Positions 50,095-61,423 are shown, counted from the whole stretch's first letter. The stretch is 63,147 bases of DNA, filler included, from Phoronis australis (GCA_002633005.1; 5 parts of 5 records of this genome joined end to end with filler, not necessarily neighbours in it); one strand, 5' to 3'. The notes: generated by a model not told the origin, from the sequence alone. Translations and numbers: made by a program.

Positions 50095-52789
50095 GGAGGC
50101 TGTTTTCACTTCATTTGGGGAGAATAATAAAATAGCTGAAGATACAAATGTATGATCCGGGGTTATAATCCAGAATGATCCACTTTTCTACATAAAGACA
50201 CTGAAAATCATGTGGAGTCGTAAACTAGTAAACCCAAACATGAATCGTGTGGGTGTATTGGGACTGAAACACTTTGGCATAGCTTTTGTAATGTCTTGGC
50301 GATGAGAACTGTGATGTTATCTGATCTTAAATAAAAAAAAATTGAAAGATACCGGCGAACTTTAAAAATATTCTATCTTTTAGAATGTTAAAATTTTCAT
50401 TTTTTTAAAAGGCGGCTTTTGGTATAAATACTATAAAATAATACAAGATATTCTCTTTTGAAGCAAATGGAATCAAGGATAGAAGTTTTTAGCTTGTTGC
50501 CAAAAAGTGATGTCTGTGTGAGTCACAGCGAGCCCAGTGAAAAGTCAAATATGTTTGAGGAAAAATTCAGTGGCTTGGAATCATTATTTCCACCCTCACA
50601 ATAGTTCTGTTTTACGGGTTTAGGAGGTCTATCAAATCGTTATTCGTAGACACGAGATTTGGTACTTGTACTACCGTAAATCTAAAATTCTCTGTAATTC
50701 TACTTGAGATAACTCTACTCAAACCCTTCAGGATATGCGTAGAGAATTTGTTTTTGGATTAGATTAAGATGCTCAAGATTGAATTTAATTCTAGACCTTG
50801 TCCCAACGTGGTAATTGCTTCAATTTAAAAGATCCTTATCTTTTTTTGACCAAGAAAAGCAATTTTAAGACTTACGGTGAATGGAATACACAGCTTAACG
50901 TTATTAGCTTTGACCAGAAATTTAAAACGATAAAAACAACTACAACTGTTTTTGTGAGTTTACTGCAAATCGTGTGCATGCAATTTTCGACGTTGCCTTT
51001 CAGAAATTTGCTGATATAGGGCCGATGTATTAATCATTTAAATACGGAATGCATGGGGTTTGTCTCGCCGGTAGAGCGTTCGGCTGCAACCGGAGCTATG
51101 CTGCTTCTCTATGTATCAGTTTGATGTCGTCTATATTCTAACTCTTGTAGATTTTACTCTCATCAGATTGACGCTTTAACTGATTTGGAAAAGTTGCTTG
51201 ACTGGTTTTGGGATTTTAACTGAGCATTTCATAACTTTATTAGATTTTATTCTAAAGACAAAAACGATGGTACTCGTGTTGTTTTCTGAATTATGCGATT
51301 GACGGTGTGAACGCAGAGACAGCGCTACATTTTATTTTCATCAGAAGAGTTTTGTTTGAAGTGAAATCACTACTGCTCTTCCGTGTCAAATTCCGCGAGA
51401 GGTGTGTACGTGTAAACTGTTTCATTATGTCCGTCATTTGTATAAGAGTCCGTCCAAAGACAGTGTGGAACACTTTATTCAAAGTCAACCAATAAAATAG
51501 GCCTAAACACTGCAAAAATTCATCCATGAACTATTCCAAAAGAAATCCAAATTGACTCTCACATTACAATCACGTCGCAGAAAAGAAGTATAGTAAATTG
51601 TATCCTTAAAAAGTGTTATAGACGTAAACAATTTGACGAGCCATTCAGCACTATTGATTACAGTGTTACCACGAAAAATTGCAAAGCACATTAAATAGAG
51701 TTTCTGCAGCATAGTTCCATATTGGACTAAATCGACGATTTTCTTGCTTTCCACTCAACAATAATTTTTCGAATCTGAGACCTTTACACAACTGTGCATT
51801 TCGACTCTCGCCAGTACCTGACACAAACAACAATTACTTGTAGAGTGCTGTAAATAAGTCTCCACACAGAATCGAATTTTCATAGCAACAACTGGGCAAC
51901 TGACATCATACACGTTACAATATTGTACTCTTGTCAATTCTGCTGAACATGTACAGCTTGTAGCTGGTAACGATCTTTGTCGAACTTCTCAAATAAATTA
52001 CAATGTACATGGTTATAACCTCAAGAACTAAGGACAAACAAAGCCTGCACACATTCATACAAATATCAGTATACCTGTAAATAGTCAATTAGTATACATC
52101 TACCACACCCAATCTTCGTAAGCACACAAGTACTTGGTTAAAAATGATTTGAAATGATAAACATGTAGAGTTTAATGCATGATTGTCCTGCCACTGAATA
52201 AAGTGAACACACATTTACACACACAGACGTGCGGGCGTCTACACTGTTCACACTGCCAAAGTACTACATTAAAGTCGTTTAAAAAGGATAAAGCGGATCT
52301 AGGATATCATAAGTGAAGTGAAACAATTGCATAGCGCCACCCAGTGGGAAATTTTGTCTTTGCTTCTAAAATCAAGCATTTTCCTGGATTTCTCAAGTAT
52401 TTTCAAAGAAAAATAACACCAAGATTATGCGTAAAAATGGAAAATTCGTGAACTGCACGGACTCAAAGTCACGACCCATTGGTAAGAACGCGCATGCTCA
52501 TTCATCGCACCATAACGCTTCCAGCTAAAATATCTTGCTAGGAGACATACTTTTTTATGGTCCACAGCGTTTGTGCGCGAACCTGCTTCTTTCCGCTTCG
52601 ATTAAAGATTATATCTTACCAGCAGCTTTTGTTCCTTTATCGTCACTCAGCTTCCATTTTCTTTGAAAAATGAAGTAAGTTTCTTCATTGCACATTAGAG
52701 CAGACGACGGAATCGGAGTGATAGTGGGCAGCACTATTTTCGGCTGCCTGAGATATCACGCACACATTGAATTAACACAAATTATCGAA

Positions 52790-52793
52790 CACA

Positions 52794-52829
<36 letters not shown>

Positions 52830-52836
52830 CACACAC
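52790..52836. repeat. (CA)n microsatellite
   Basis: Dinucleotide run. Confidence 0.95.
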
Positions 52837-53798
52837 AACCTGAAAGTCTACACATTGTCAAATCTTGTTTCAGCTGTTCAATGTTAATTAATAAAACCAA
52901 TATTTTCTCACGCTTTTGCTGTTTTTGCGGCAGCCGGGGCCCTAGATCAGCCTACGTTTGATGCGAATGTTTCTAATGTCGAATGAACGTGCGCATTATG
53001 GAAATGGACGGACTGTTACATTTCCAGGTTCTCCAATATCAGGCAAATAAGGAAAACATTTATGCTGCGCAGAATGCTATGAAAAATTTTGGCCTCGTTG
53101 TCAGCAAAATTAAAAGAAACGAAATAAAGTAATGCTGAATAGAAGACTTTTGTCACCTACTTGCGCGAAAAAAGGCACAGTGTTGAGGTACATGTATAAT
53201 AACGTGCCGTCCCAGAAGATAAAACTAGTTTCAAGCAAGGGTTTTATGGCGCCAGCAAGTGGGTAAAGCTGATGATGACCGATGATTGGCAAGGATCACG
53301 AAGGGTAGAAGTTAATAGTGATCGGGGAAAGACGGCAAAATTCACAGCAATCGGGGGTGGAAAATGGCGGTTCTTAGTAGGGCAATAATATTATCATCAT
53401 CCCCCCAAAAAAATCTTACGCCCAGGTAATCATACAAACTGCAATAAGCGCCCTCCAAACAACTAAGTACATATACATTGTATTGAATTCAAGGCAATAT
53501 CATATAACCTTGGTCCATAGGCCCACCACAGCAAAAACGCCTTAACACCTGCGATCAACATCGTCTTTATGTACATCAATAGTAACTGGAGTGGGTGGAA
53601 AGTCAAAACAAATGAAACACACAACGCGTCATACATGTAATGTGGACAATAAACACTTGCAGATCGTAGTTCTCGAGATCAGTTCTGCGTGAAACCAACA
53701 ACAGACGCAGCAGCTAAACCCACTGAAGCAGTGAGCGTACTGGGTGAAGGAGCGGAACCGGAAGCGATAGCCGTACTTCAATTGATGCCTGCCATGGA

Positions 53799-54061
53799 TT
53801 ACAAGTACATATTCTTGGTCAACGTATTTTCACACGTTGGAATCTGTGACGCCGGCACATATTTATACTTTGGCGTCTGTGACGCAGGCGTCTCCTCCTC
53901 AGGGTTCCTTATCTTTACAGGCCACGTTTTTTTGGCAAATCTTCCTCGGACCAGTGTCAACATGTCAGTAAAATGTGTGGACCTGAAGTTCTCTGCAACC
54001 ACGTCACAGAATTCGGATATGAAAACAGAACCCTTAAGTGGATTTCGAAACGCAAAATGAC
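53799..54061 (-). CDS. Caspase (peptidase C14A), terminal exon encoding most of the p10 subunit
   Basis: ttgttgcag|GT CAT...: (G)HFAFRNPLKGSVFISEFCDVVAENFRSTHFTDMLTLVRGRFAKK...ASQIPTCENTLTKNMYL*. This matches the p10 pattern G-x3-RN-x3-GS-x-FI...DML-x2-V...Q-x-P-x4-TL-x-K-x2-Y. No QACxG exon is visible in the window. Confidence 0.8.
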
Positions 54062-55108
54062 CTGCAACAAAAATTCATTGTCAATTTAATGTAGGCCAAT
54101 ACACACATTGTTGCATAGGCGGATTTAGGGGGGGGGNNNNNNNNNNNNNNNNNNNNNNNNNNNNNNNNNNNNNNNNNNNNTTAATTAATTAANNNNNNNN
54201 NNNNNNNNNNNNNNNNNNNNNNNNNNNNNNNNNNNNTGAACTGATGAGCCGGAAATGTGGGTACGGAAATAACCGATGACAACCGGTAATCATACGCTCA
54301 GAGAGAAGGGTCAAATACTGTTAAAAATCGCTTTTGGCAAGAAAGGCGAAAAGAATATAAAGAAAGGGTGTCGAAAATAAGAATTTATGTAGTAAGTATT
54401 TTCGGATACTGGAACCACATGGGCAGTTTGCAAGAAGGACTTTAACGGATTCGAATAGCGAACTATGCATCGGCGTGAACATGATGTGGCTCGGAGGTTT
54501 CTAAATGTTTAAAAATCACCGACCCGTTTACATTTACCATGGTCTACATAATTTTGCTATGAGTCACAGTCGTGCAGTGTTGTAACTCTGGATGGCAGGG
54601 ATTTATCGGAGTGGGTCTTCAAATAAACTGTCGCAGACGTTGTTGTATGGCCGCGCACAGAAAGGTACCTGCGATCAGAGCCATCGTACCAAGGAAACTG
54701 TAACTCAGTTTAAAGGTCAACGCTGTTTACCTCACACACAGTTAGCAAAATACTCACAGACCTGCTGCTTACGTTTGCAGTAAACATCGTAAATATAGTG
54801 CACATAAAATACGTATGACTGAGATTTTTTGTTGTTAGGTGATGCAAAATTTATATTTCGTTGCCTGCCGAAAGTAATCGTGAGTTGAAATCCTCGCGGT
54901 TCATTTTGCCACAGGCTTGAGTCATTGGCCGTGCTCATTTGAATTCAGTACACGGAATAAATTAATTAACTATGCATTTGCGGCAAAATACGCCTACGAA
55001 ACGAAAACAATGAATTCATTGAAAATGCCTGATTATTTGTTGGGCAACACAGTCCTTCCCTAATTCTATAATGGACTTTCGTATTTTATATGACATGAAA
55101 TATACGCC

Positions 55109-55292
55109 CTACTACCACTACCACTACCACTACCACTACTACTATCACACCCACTACCACTACAGCTACCGCTACCACTTGCACTGCCACTCTCACTGCC
55201 ACTACCACTGCCGCTGCCGCTGCCACTGCCACTGCCACTCTCACTGCCGCTGCCACTGCCGCTGCCGCTGCCGCTGCCGCCGCCACTACTAC
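55109..55292. repeat. Compound triplet/hexamer microsatellite (TAC/CAC grading to TGC/CGC)
   Basis: CTACCA repeats grade into CTGCCA and then CTGCCG. Confidence 0.92.
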
Positions 55293-55444
55293 CCAGTTTA
55301 AATCGGTGACATGTCTAAATAAATAGCTATTTTTACGGATGGTGGATTTTTAAGAGCTTTAACTAAAGTCATAAAATCTGTTTTCCAGCATCACGGTAAT
55401 TAAACAATTAAAGGAATATACCTCTGCTCATGTACGACTTTCGG

Positions 55445-56330
55445 TTACCATTTTTCTAATTCTTCCAGGCGCCAGGGAAGATCCGGTGTGTCCCAAGAAC
55501 ATAGTTTCACAAATCTCGCATCCCGTAAGTCACCACGTATTATTTCTTTGCATGTCTGAGACACGTAGTTAAAAGCAGCGATTCGACAGTCGAGAGGCGT
55601 CATTGATAGGCTCCAAATATGCAAAAGGATACTTGGACTCCTCCACAGAGTCAATGCCATCAATCAGTTACAACAAAGTTATCATTCCCTTAGTCATAGC
55701 CAATTGCACCCTCTGCTACATGAGGTCACAAATCTCAGGTCTTTGTGCAGAAGGTCTCAACGATCTACATTGGTTCGCGGCACAGAAAGATGACTAATGT
55801 TGGAGGGCCGTTTATGTTTCGACGAAAGCGAAGCCACTAAGTCTTCAGTCGGCTTCCGGCGCAAGGAATTGTTGACGATGTAGGCATAAGAGCCATTCAG
55901 CACCTAACCCGTTTCATCCTCTGTGCAAACCTGGCCAATGCCTGGGAAAAAGACGACGGGTCATCTGTGCCTTTCGACGTGTTAGAACCAGCACGAGAAT
56001 CGAAAAAGGTGGCGATATCGCCCAGTGCATCGTACACAGCCTTACACCGTGCACTATATTCTAACTCTGACCAAGAGCCAGGCTGGGCATAACCACCTGT
56101 TGGCTGCGCTATTTTGTCCTCCAACGAGGTAAGGGGGGTCATAATTGCGGTGAGAGTCTCTAACAACGTGTTATTCTCCTCTGGGCCGCAAACAGAGCCA
56201 GTCCCAATATCCAACCCGTTTGCTTCCTCAACAGCCTTCGGGGATTCAGCCACGGTCTCATAGGATCCCTCCGCACTATTAGCCAAGTTCAGAGAAATTA
56301 GAGCTTCAGGTCCAAATACATGTATCATAG
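55445..56330 (-). mobile_element. Decayed gag-like ORF1 of a DIRS-type (tyrosine-recombinase) retrotransposon
   Basis: Across stops and frameshifts: YIVNNSLRRKPTEDLVASLSSKHKRPSNISHLSVPRTN...DLM*QRVQLAMTKG...AAFNYVSQTCKEIIRGDLRDARFVKLC, resembling the RP-x-N-x3-L-x-VP-x2-N...D-x5-Q gag motif. Confidence 0.5.
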
Positions 56331-57015
56331 GCCCCTATTTGGTTCACAAATTCTTGATAATTAAAATTATGATTGGAATCACCAATTGTTTGAAGCAAAA
56401 CCCGTTCTAAAGCTTTTGGTGTATTTCGGGTCAGGCATGAGACATCCGAGGAATCCTGAAACAATCCTGTGCTCGTGTGTTGTTAGCGTTGTTCCTATGA
56501 CGACAGTGTTTGGTTGGAACTTTTCCGGTTCCGTCATTGTTATCGAATGTCGTCTGATTATATGAACCCGTTACACTTACGATGCATTGCCTGGTTTGTC
56601 TGGCGCTGCATCTTCTTTCCATCCCAATCAAGCCCAGATATCATCTCATCTGATGTTCGGACTCGGGAATAACCGAAAGTTCTCTCATAGCTCGAGGACA
56701 GAGCAGGTCGCACAAGTTAGCTCAGTTCTGCGTATTGTTTCATGGTTGGATCAAGGCTTCAGGCCATTGTGAACTTCAGTTTTTTCTAAGCGCGTGTAAT
56801 AGTTCAAAAATGAGTATGGAACAATGTGAGACCAGTTTCATTACGCTATGTGGGCTAAATCAAAAGTTAATTTTGGCTGATTTTCGGATTTTTAAATTGC
56901 TGTAGTTTGCAGTAATGTCTGACAGCTCGGGCAAATGCAATTTTATCATGGGATGCCAAATTGAATCATGGCTTTGAACCGTAGCTTTATATTACTGAAA
57001 ATCTAGGCGAGACAT

Positions 57016-57120
57016 TGACGTCATTCTTCCCGTCACCCTTTGATAATAAGATAGATACCATGTAGAGCGTATCTAGGGTTACTTTATAAAATGATCTACA
57101 TTGCCGAATATCAACCATTC
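57016..57120 (+). promoter_or_regulatory. Core promoter of the secreted peptide gene
   Basis: Palindromic CRE TGACGTCA at 57016-57023, GATA motifs at about 57041-57058, TATAAA at 57085-57090, Inr-like CCATTC at 57115-57120 (A is 32 nt after the TATA start), ATG at 57155. Confidence 0.6.
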
Positions 57121-57154
57121 TGGTGGTGGCTAACGGGACATCTCATCGAACGCA

Positions 57155-58601
57155 ATGAAACTGGTAAGAATCTTTTGAGATGACAGGTCGTGTATTCATC
57201 GGTTTCAAACTAATTTCAAACACGATGAGCTGTATGTCGAAGCTTTGTTATTGTTAATTATTTTGAATTAAGACATAGCAATGTGATTAGTCGTGTCAGT
57301 GGTTAAGCAGTAAAAGTTCATTTTCTTACTTTTTATCGTCGGAATCGCTCAATTTTTGCAAAAAATATTTTCCTTTTTTACCACTGAAAACACAATTCGT
57401 TTGTTGAGATTTCAAAAATAATCGTAAGTGAGAAAGTAAAAATTGATGGAAGATCACAAAATTTCGTTTTATTAACACTAAAATGTGTTGTGCTTAGTTC
57501 AGGTTAAATATCAAATGTTAAAGTATGAAGTTGGATAAATCAATGTGGAATGAATCTGCACACTCAGACTGTGCGCACACAGCCTAAGAAATAGGGGGCT
57601 CGAATTTTTGAGAAGGTGGAGCTTTTACTGAGATTCACGGGATACATTTAAAGCTATTAATTGTGGAATCTTTCATTACCACAAAAGCTATCAACAACCC
57701 ACTCTCACCGCTTGAGGGAATACCGATGAACATAATGACTCGTCTATAATTAGTTGTCAAATACTTATCAAAATCTTATTTTCGAACTGATTAAAACTAA
57801 TTGTACGAGCAGCGTTTAAGGGAAAATCGTTTTACGAGCAAAAAACGCATCATAATAATAATTCTTAGAAACAAGTACTTATGAAGATATTACCTTCGAT
57901 CAGTCTATGGACAAAAACTAGTTTTGTTTTTTAATTTTATTACAAATCACCAATTAATGCCGTTGTCTACGAGATATTCAACGAAATCAAGGCGATGTCT
58001 TTTCCATTTAAGTACTCTTAAAATACGCTGTTATTTATCGAATAGGATTTAACTCTGCCACACCTTCTAGTCTACCATTGTCACTATTTCATTGGGTGCA
58101 AATTACGAAATTATTGCCCGGTAAAACGGGCTTCAGAGGATTTAACGTGGCAGTTCATTTGTCAACATATCCACTATTCACATTACCTGAGTATCGTTTC
58201 CTAGATCTTCGTGTGTGCTCTGTTTGTCTGTGCTATCGGGCTTCTCCGGGCTGAAGAGGCCGAGGTTGGTGATGCTTATGACGCTGACTTCGATAGTCGT
58301 TCACTGGAAAACGATATTGATCAAAACGATAATGAAGATCCCAAGCCCTCAGATTTCAACGCTCGCTTCCTGGAAAATGCTGATGAAGGATATCAGTCAG
58401 ACCTTTCCGTTCGTTCCGAAAGTGACGTCAAGGATGACGACAGGAATGCAGACGACGACATGGCTTGAAGAACAACAGAGGGGCCCTCACTGGAAGATAT
58501 GCCACGCGAGACAACGCCCCATTCGGGTCGTCAGGATTCGATGGCGCCGTTACCGACTCAAAAGACCCGTGACCATTTCCTGGTGTCGGCAGATCGGGTA
58601 A
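57155..58601 (+). CDS. Secreted prepropeptide, putative cationic beta-hairpin antimicrobial peptide precursor, with +1 frameshift at about 58466
   Basis: Exon 1 is 57155-57163 (ATG AAA CTG|gtaaga); exon 2 starts at 58205 (ttcctag|ATC). Signal peptide MKLIFVCALFVCAIGLLRA plus acidic propiece runs to TGA 58466-58468. The +1 frame continues EEQQR-GPHWKICHARQRPIRVVRIRWRRYRLKRPVTISWCRQIG*. Confidence 0.72.
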
Positions 58602-58665
58602 GCAAAACACATTCGATCAATAGGGCATTAGATCCAAGCCGCCTGTCAAAAAGAAAAAAAAATCG

Positions 58666-58671
58666 AATAAA
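58666..58671 (+). terminator. Polyadenylation signal of the peptide gene
   Basis: AATAAA 65 nt after the TAA at 58599-58601. Confidence 0.55.
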
Positions 58672-58859
58672 AGCACTGATTGCTATACTGGGAAAACACG
58701 TGTGTTATCTGCTAGATGGATTGAACAATTGATTAATGTGCTCGTTGTCATCCAGCTCCTTACAAGGATTAGAACCAATTTTCAATGATTAGGAAAGACA
58801 GTCGTTACTGGTTGAGATCTTAAAATATCTCGTCACGATGGCTTAGTTTCAGATGTTAA

Positions 58860-59750
58860 AGGCGAAGGCAACCTTTTTTCACGTCATTTTTAGCAAAAAT
58901 TTGGTTCGATGATTATCCCAGACATATTTTCCACTTAATTACAGCTTTTCGTAATTTGATTAATTATTCGTGCTCTACTCCGACGTGACGTTTTGGGAAG
59001 CAAGAATTTCGCGCTAATTTCTTTTCCCATAGTCTGACTATATGAGCGTTCTCGAATCAGTCATTGATTTACCAGTCGTCGTTTGCTTTTGTTTACGAGT
59101 CAGTCAACAGGCCACAATGTTGCTGCGTACCGGGATGTACTCATTATGGCCTAAAGCCTGTAAGCAGCCATGCTGCGATGTTGAGTAGTGGGAGTAAATA
59201 CAGGCCCCGTTCGAAACCCAGTGAAGAGGAGAGTTCGTCGTTCAATGAACAGGTCGGTGAACCAAACTTTGATAAGTTTATTGTGGTCTTGTCTAAAGTA
59301 TTGGAGCTGTTTAGAAGGTGCCAGGTTTGAGGCGAGGGAGTCACACGGCGGGGGTGTAAACAGTTTGTGAGCTCAGGTCACTATCAGTGGGAGTGTGTCG
59401 CGGACACTCGGGCAAGTGGGACAGTTGCTCCTCTGTCCGTTAGACGATAATGAGTACATCCCGGTACGTAGCAACAGTGTGGCATGCTGACTGACTCGTA
59501 AACAAAATCACACGATGACCGAGCTTATCAAAATCGAGATAGAGCAATGACTGACTCGGCAACTCTCACAGTCAGACTACACGAAAAGAAATAGGCGGGA
59601 AATTTTTGCCTCCCAAAACGTCACTTCCGGAGTAGACAACGAATAATTAATTAAATTACGAACAGCTTTAATTAAGTGGAAAATGTGTCTGGGATAACCA
59701 ACGAACCTTATTTTTGCTAAAAAAGACATGTAAAAAGATTGCCTTCGCCT
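58860..59750 (+). mobile_element. Complete non-autonomous Kolobok-like element, 891 bp, TTAA TSD
   Basis: TTAA|AGGCGAAGGCAA ... TTGCCTTCGCCT|TTAA. Inverted repeats of about 290-300 bp (58860-59147 / 59447-59750). Deleted THAP-transposase relic CCCVPGCTHY...KFIVVLSKVLELFRRCQV...WEC..GHSGKWDS. Confidence 0.85.
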
Positions 59751-60059
59751 TTAAGGCTGTATGGTTTTACGTGATGTCACTGAATTCAGATAAAGGCCGG
59801 AGAACGTGTTGATATTGATTTGGAATAGTGTGATGAATGTTGGTGTCTTTATCACCTGAATTGGTTTGAAACCGACTTCAAGTATGCACAACTCCTAAGC
59901 AATGAATCTATTAGTTAAACTGCTCGGAAATATTGGTTTCAAAATGCACGTTGTCTCGCGGACAACGGGGCGCAGGTTGTCACTGACTGGTGTTAATAGC
60001 TTTCGGGGCTTTGAAAGACAGAAGACTGGGTAATTTTGACCGTATATACGCACGTCTAG

Positions 60060-60260
60060 TAGAACAAAACGTCCTACGTAATGTCTGTTCTATGCTGCAG
60101 CCACTGCTGCGAAGCCACGGCTCAGTCACCTCCACCAACTGATACACTCGTTGATTCAATAAATGCCAGTCTCTGCAAATGGCTACTGCTGATTCTTCAA
60201 CTGCACCTCAACTGAACCTTTTACTACATCTATATCTTTAACTCTTCAAAGATCAAGTTT
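60060..60260 (-). repeat. Diverged fragment related to the solo LTR at 61424-62179
   Basis: The reverse complement GGCTTCGCAGCAGTGGCTGCAGCATAGAACAGACATTACGTAGGACGTTTTGTT matches about 61989-62042. Confidence 0.6.
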
Positions 60261-60519
60261 GAGTCTAATACTTACAAAAATTAGTGACGTTACGTCCGCA
60301 TCTCACGGACCAAAGCTTGGCTTGTGACGTTATCGTTATTCTTGCCAATTGGTGGCGTTTTGGCCAGACTATGTGGCATTGACGTCAGAACACCATCACA
60401 TACGTGTGACAAATCGAATCTTAACCCGCCTCTTTTATTTAAAGAGGGACTCTCAATGCGCTCATGTCCTTTTACACCCCTTCTGAACCAATCTGTCTCA
60501 AATTAGACGCCGTTAATTG

Positions 60520-60641
60520 GCCTACACATACATATCAATAAACAAACATGCATACATAGATACAAAAACGCATACATACATTCATTCATTCATACATACA
60601 TACATACATACATTAAAAATGTATAAATACATTAACTGCCA

Positions 60642-60675
<34 letters not shown>

Positions 60676-60690
60676 CATACATACATACAT
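60520..60690. repeat. (CATA)n microsatellite running into gap
   Basis: Imperfect tetranucleotide run. Confidence 0.92.
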
Positions 60691-61423
60691 NNNNNNNNNN
60701 NNNNNNNNNNNNNNNNNNNNNNNNNNNNNNNNNNTTAATTAATTAANNNNNNNNNNNNNNNNNNNNNNNNNNNNNNNNNNNNNNNNNNNNCAGGTACGGC
60801 CTTACTGTTCTTCACGACCGCCATTGAAAGACTCTAGAGCGCAAGGCAAGTTGCCGACGTGAAACTTTTGAATCAGTGCTCTCTAACTGACTTGTGCATT
60901 CGAGTAGCTAAATTTGGGATGTGAAAAGGGAGAAAATGCCCGTTGAAAAAGTATCCGGGATTTTGTTAGATCTGGCCTGCTACTGGCTGTCATCAAAGTC
61001 GTTAAAGATTCAAACTAACTTGGGTAACGGCAAGTTTGCTCTTCAATACCTTCCAAGTACGGAAAAAATAGGTCAGTCACAAAACGACACGCATGTCACT
61101 AGTGTTAACTTTCTTTCCGAGGTATAAAACAAAGCCGGGATTTGGTTTTACATATTATGAAAAGAAGTTTTTAAAACACAAGTTGTGTAAAATGAAAGTG
61201 ACACACCATATAAGCTGCGTGTCAATTTTAAACCACACGCAGTCGTTTGTAGTGCGCTATGATGGGCGCTAGCTTGAACTGTGGGCGCTTAATTGGAAAT
61301 TCTCAAAATTTAAGGGGGGACTTTTAATAGATCAGTGAGCGCTTATTATGAAACACTTTAAAGGTAGGGAGTAGGCTAGTGCGTGAGCAACGTCGTTAAC
61401 CTCAGTGTTTGCGGTAATAAGAT

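Noticed and set aside
52620-52747. Possible minus-strand exon (QPKIVLP...KAA) as 5' part of the ankyrin gene
   Set aside because: It has splice-like ends but no recognisable protein, and lies between MITE-like termini (52292/52957); unsupported.
54241-54270. CTGATGA...GAAA hammerhead candidate at gap edge (also 31217-31250)
   Set aside because: Stem II closing pair and stems I/III cannot be formed convincingly.
55071-55301. His/Cys-rich and poly-Ala/Val ORFs
   Set aside because: Translations of a microsatellite; no splice or promoter support.
58466-58597. Read-through or selenocysteine at the TGA (zero frame stays open to a GTAAGC donor)
   Set aside because: The zero-frame product has no recognisable features and no SECIS was identified, whereas the +1 frame gives a coherent cationic peptide followed by AATAAA. 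It cannot be excluded without transcripts.
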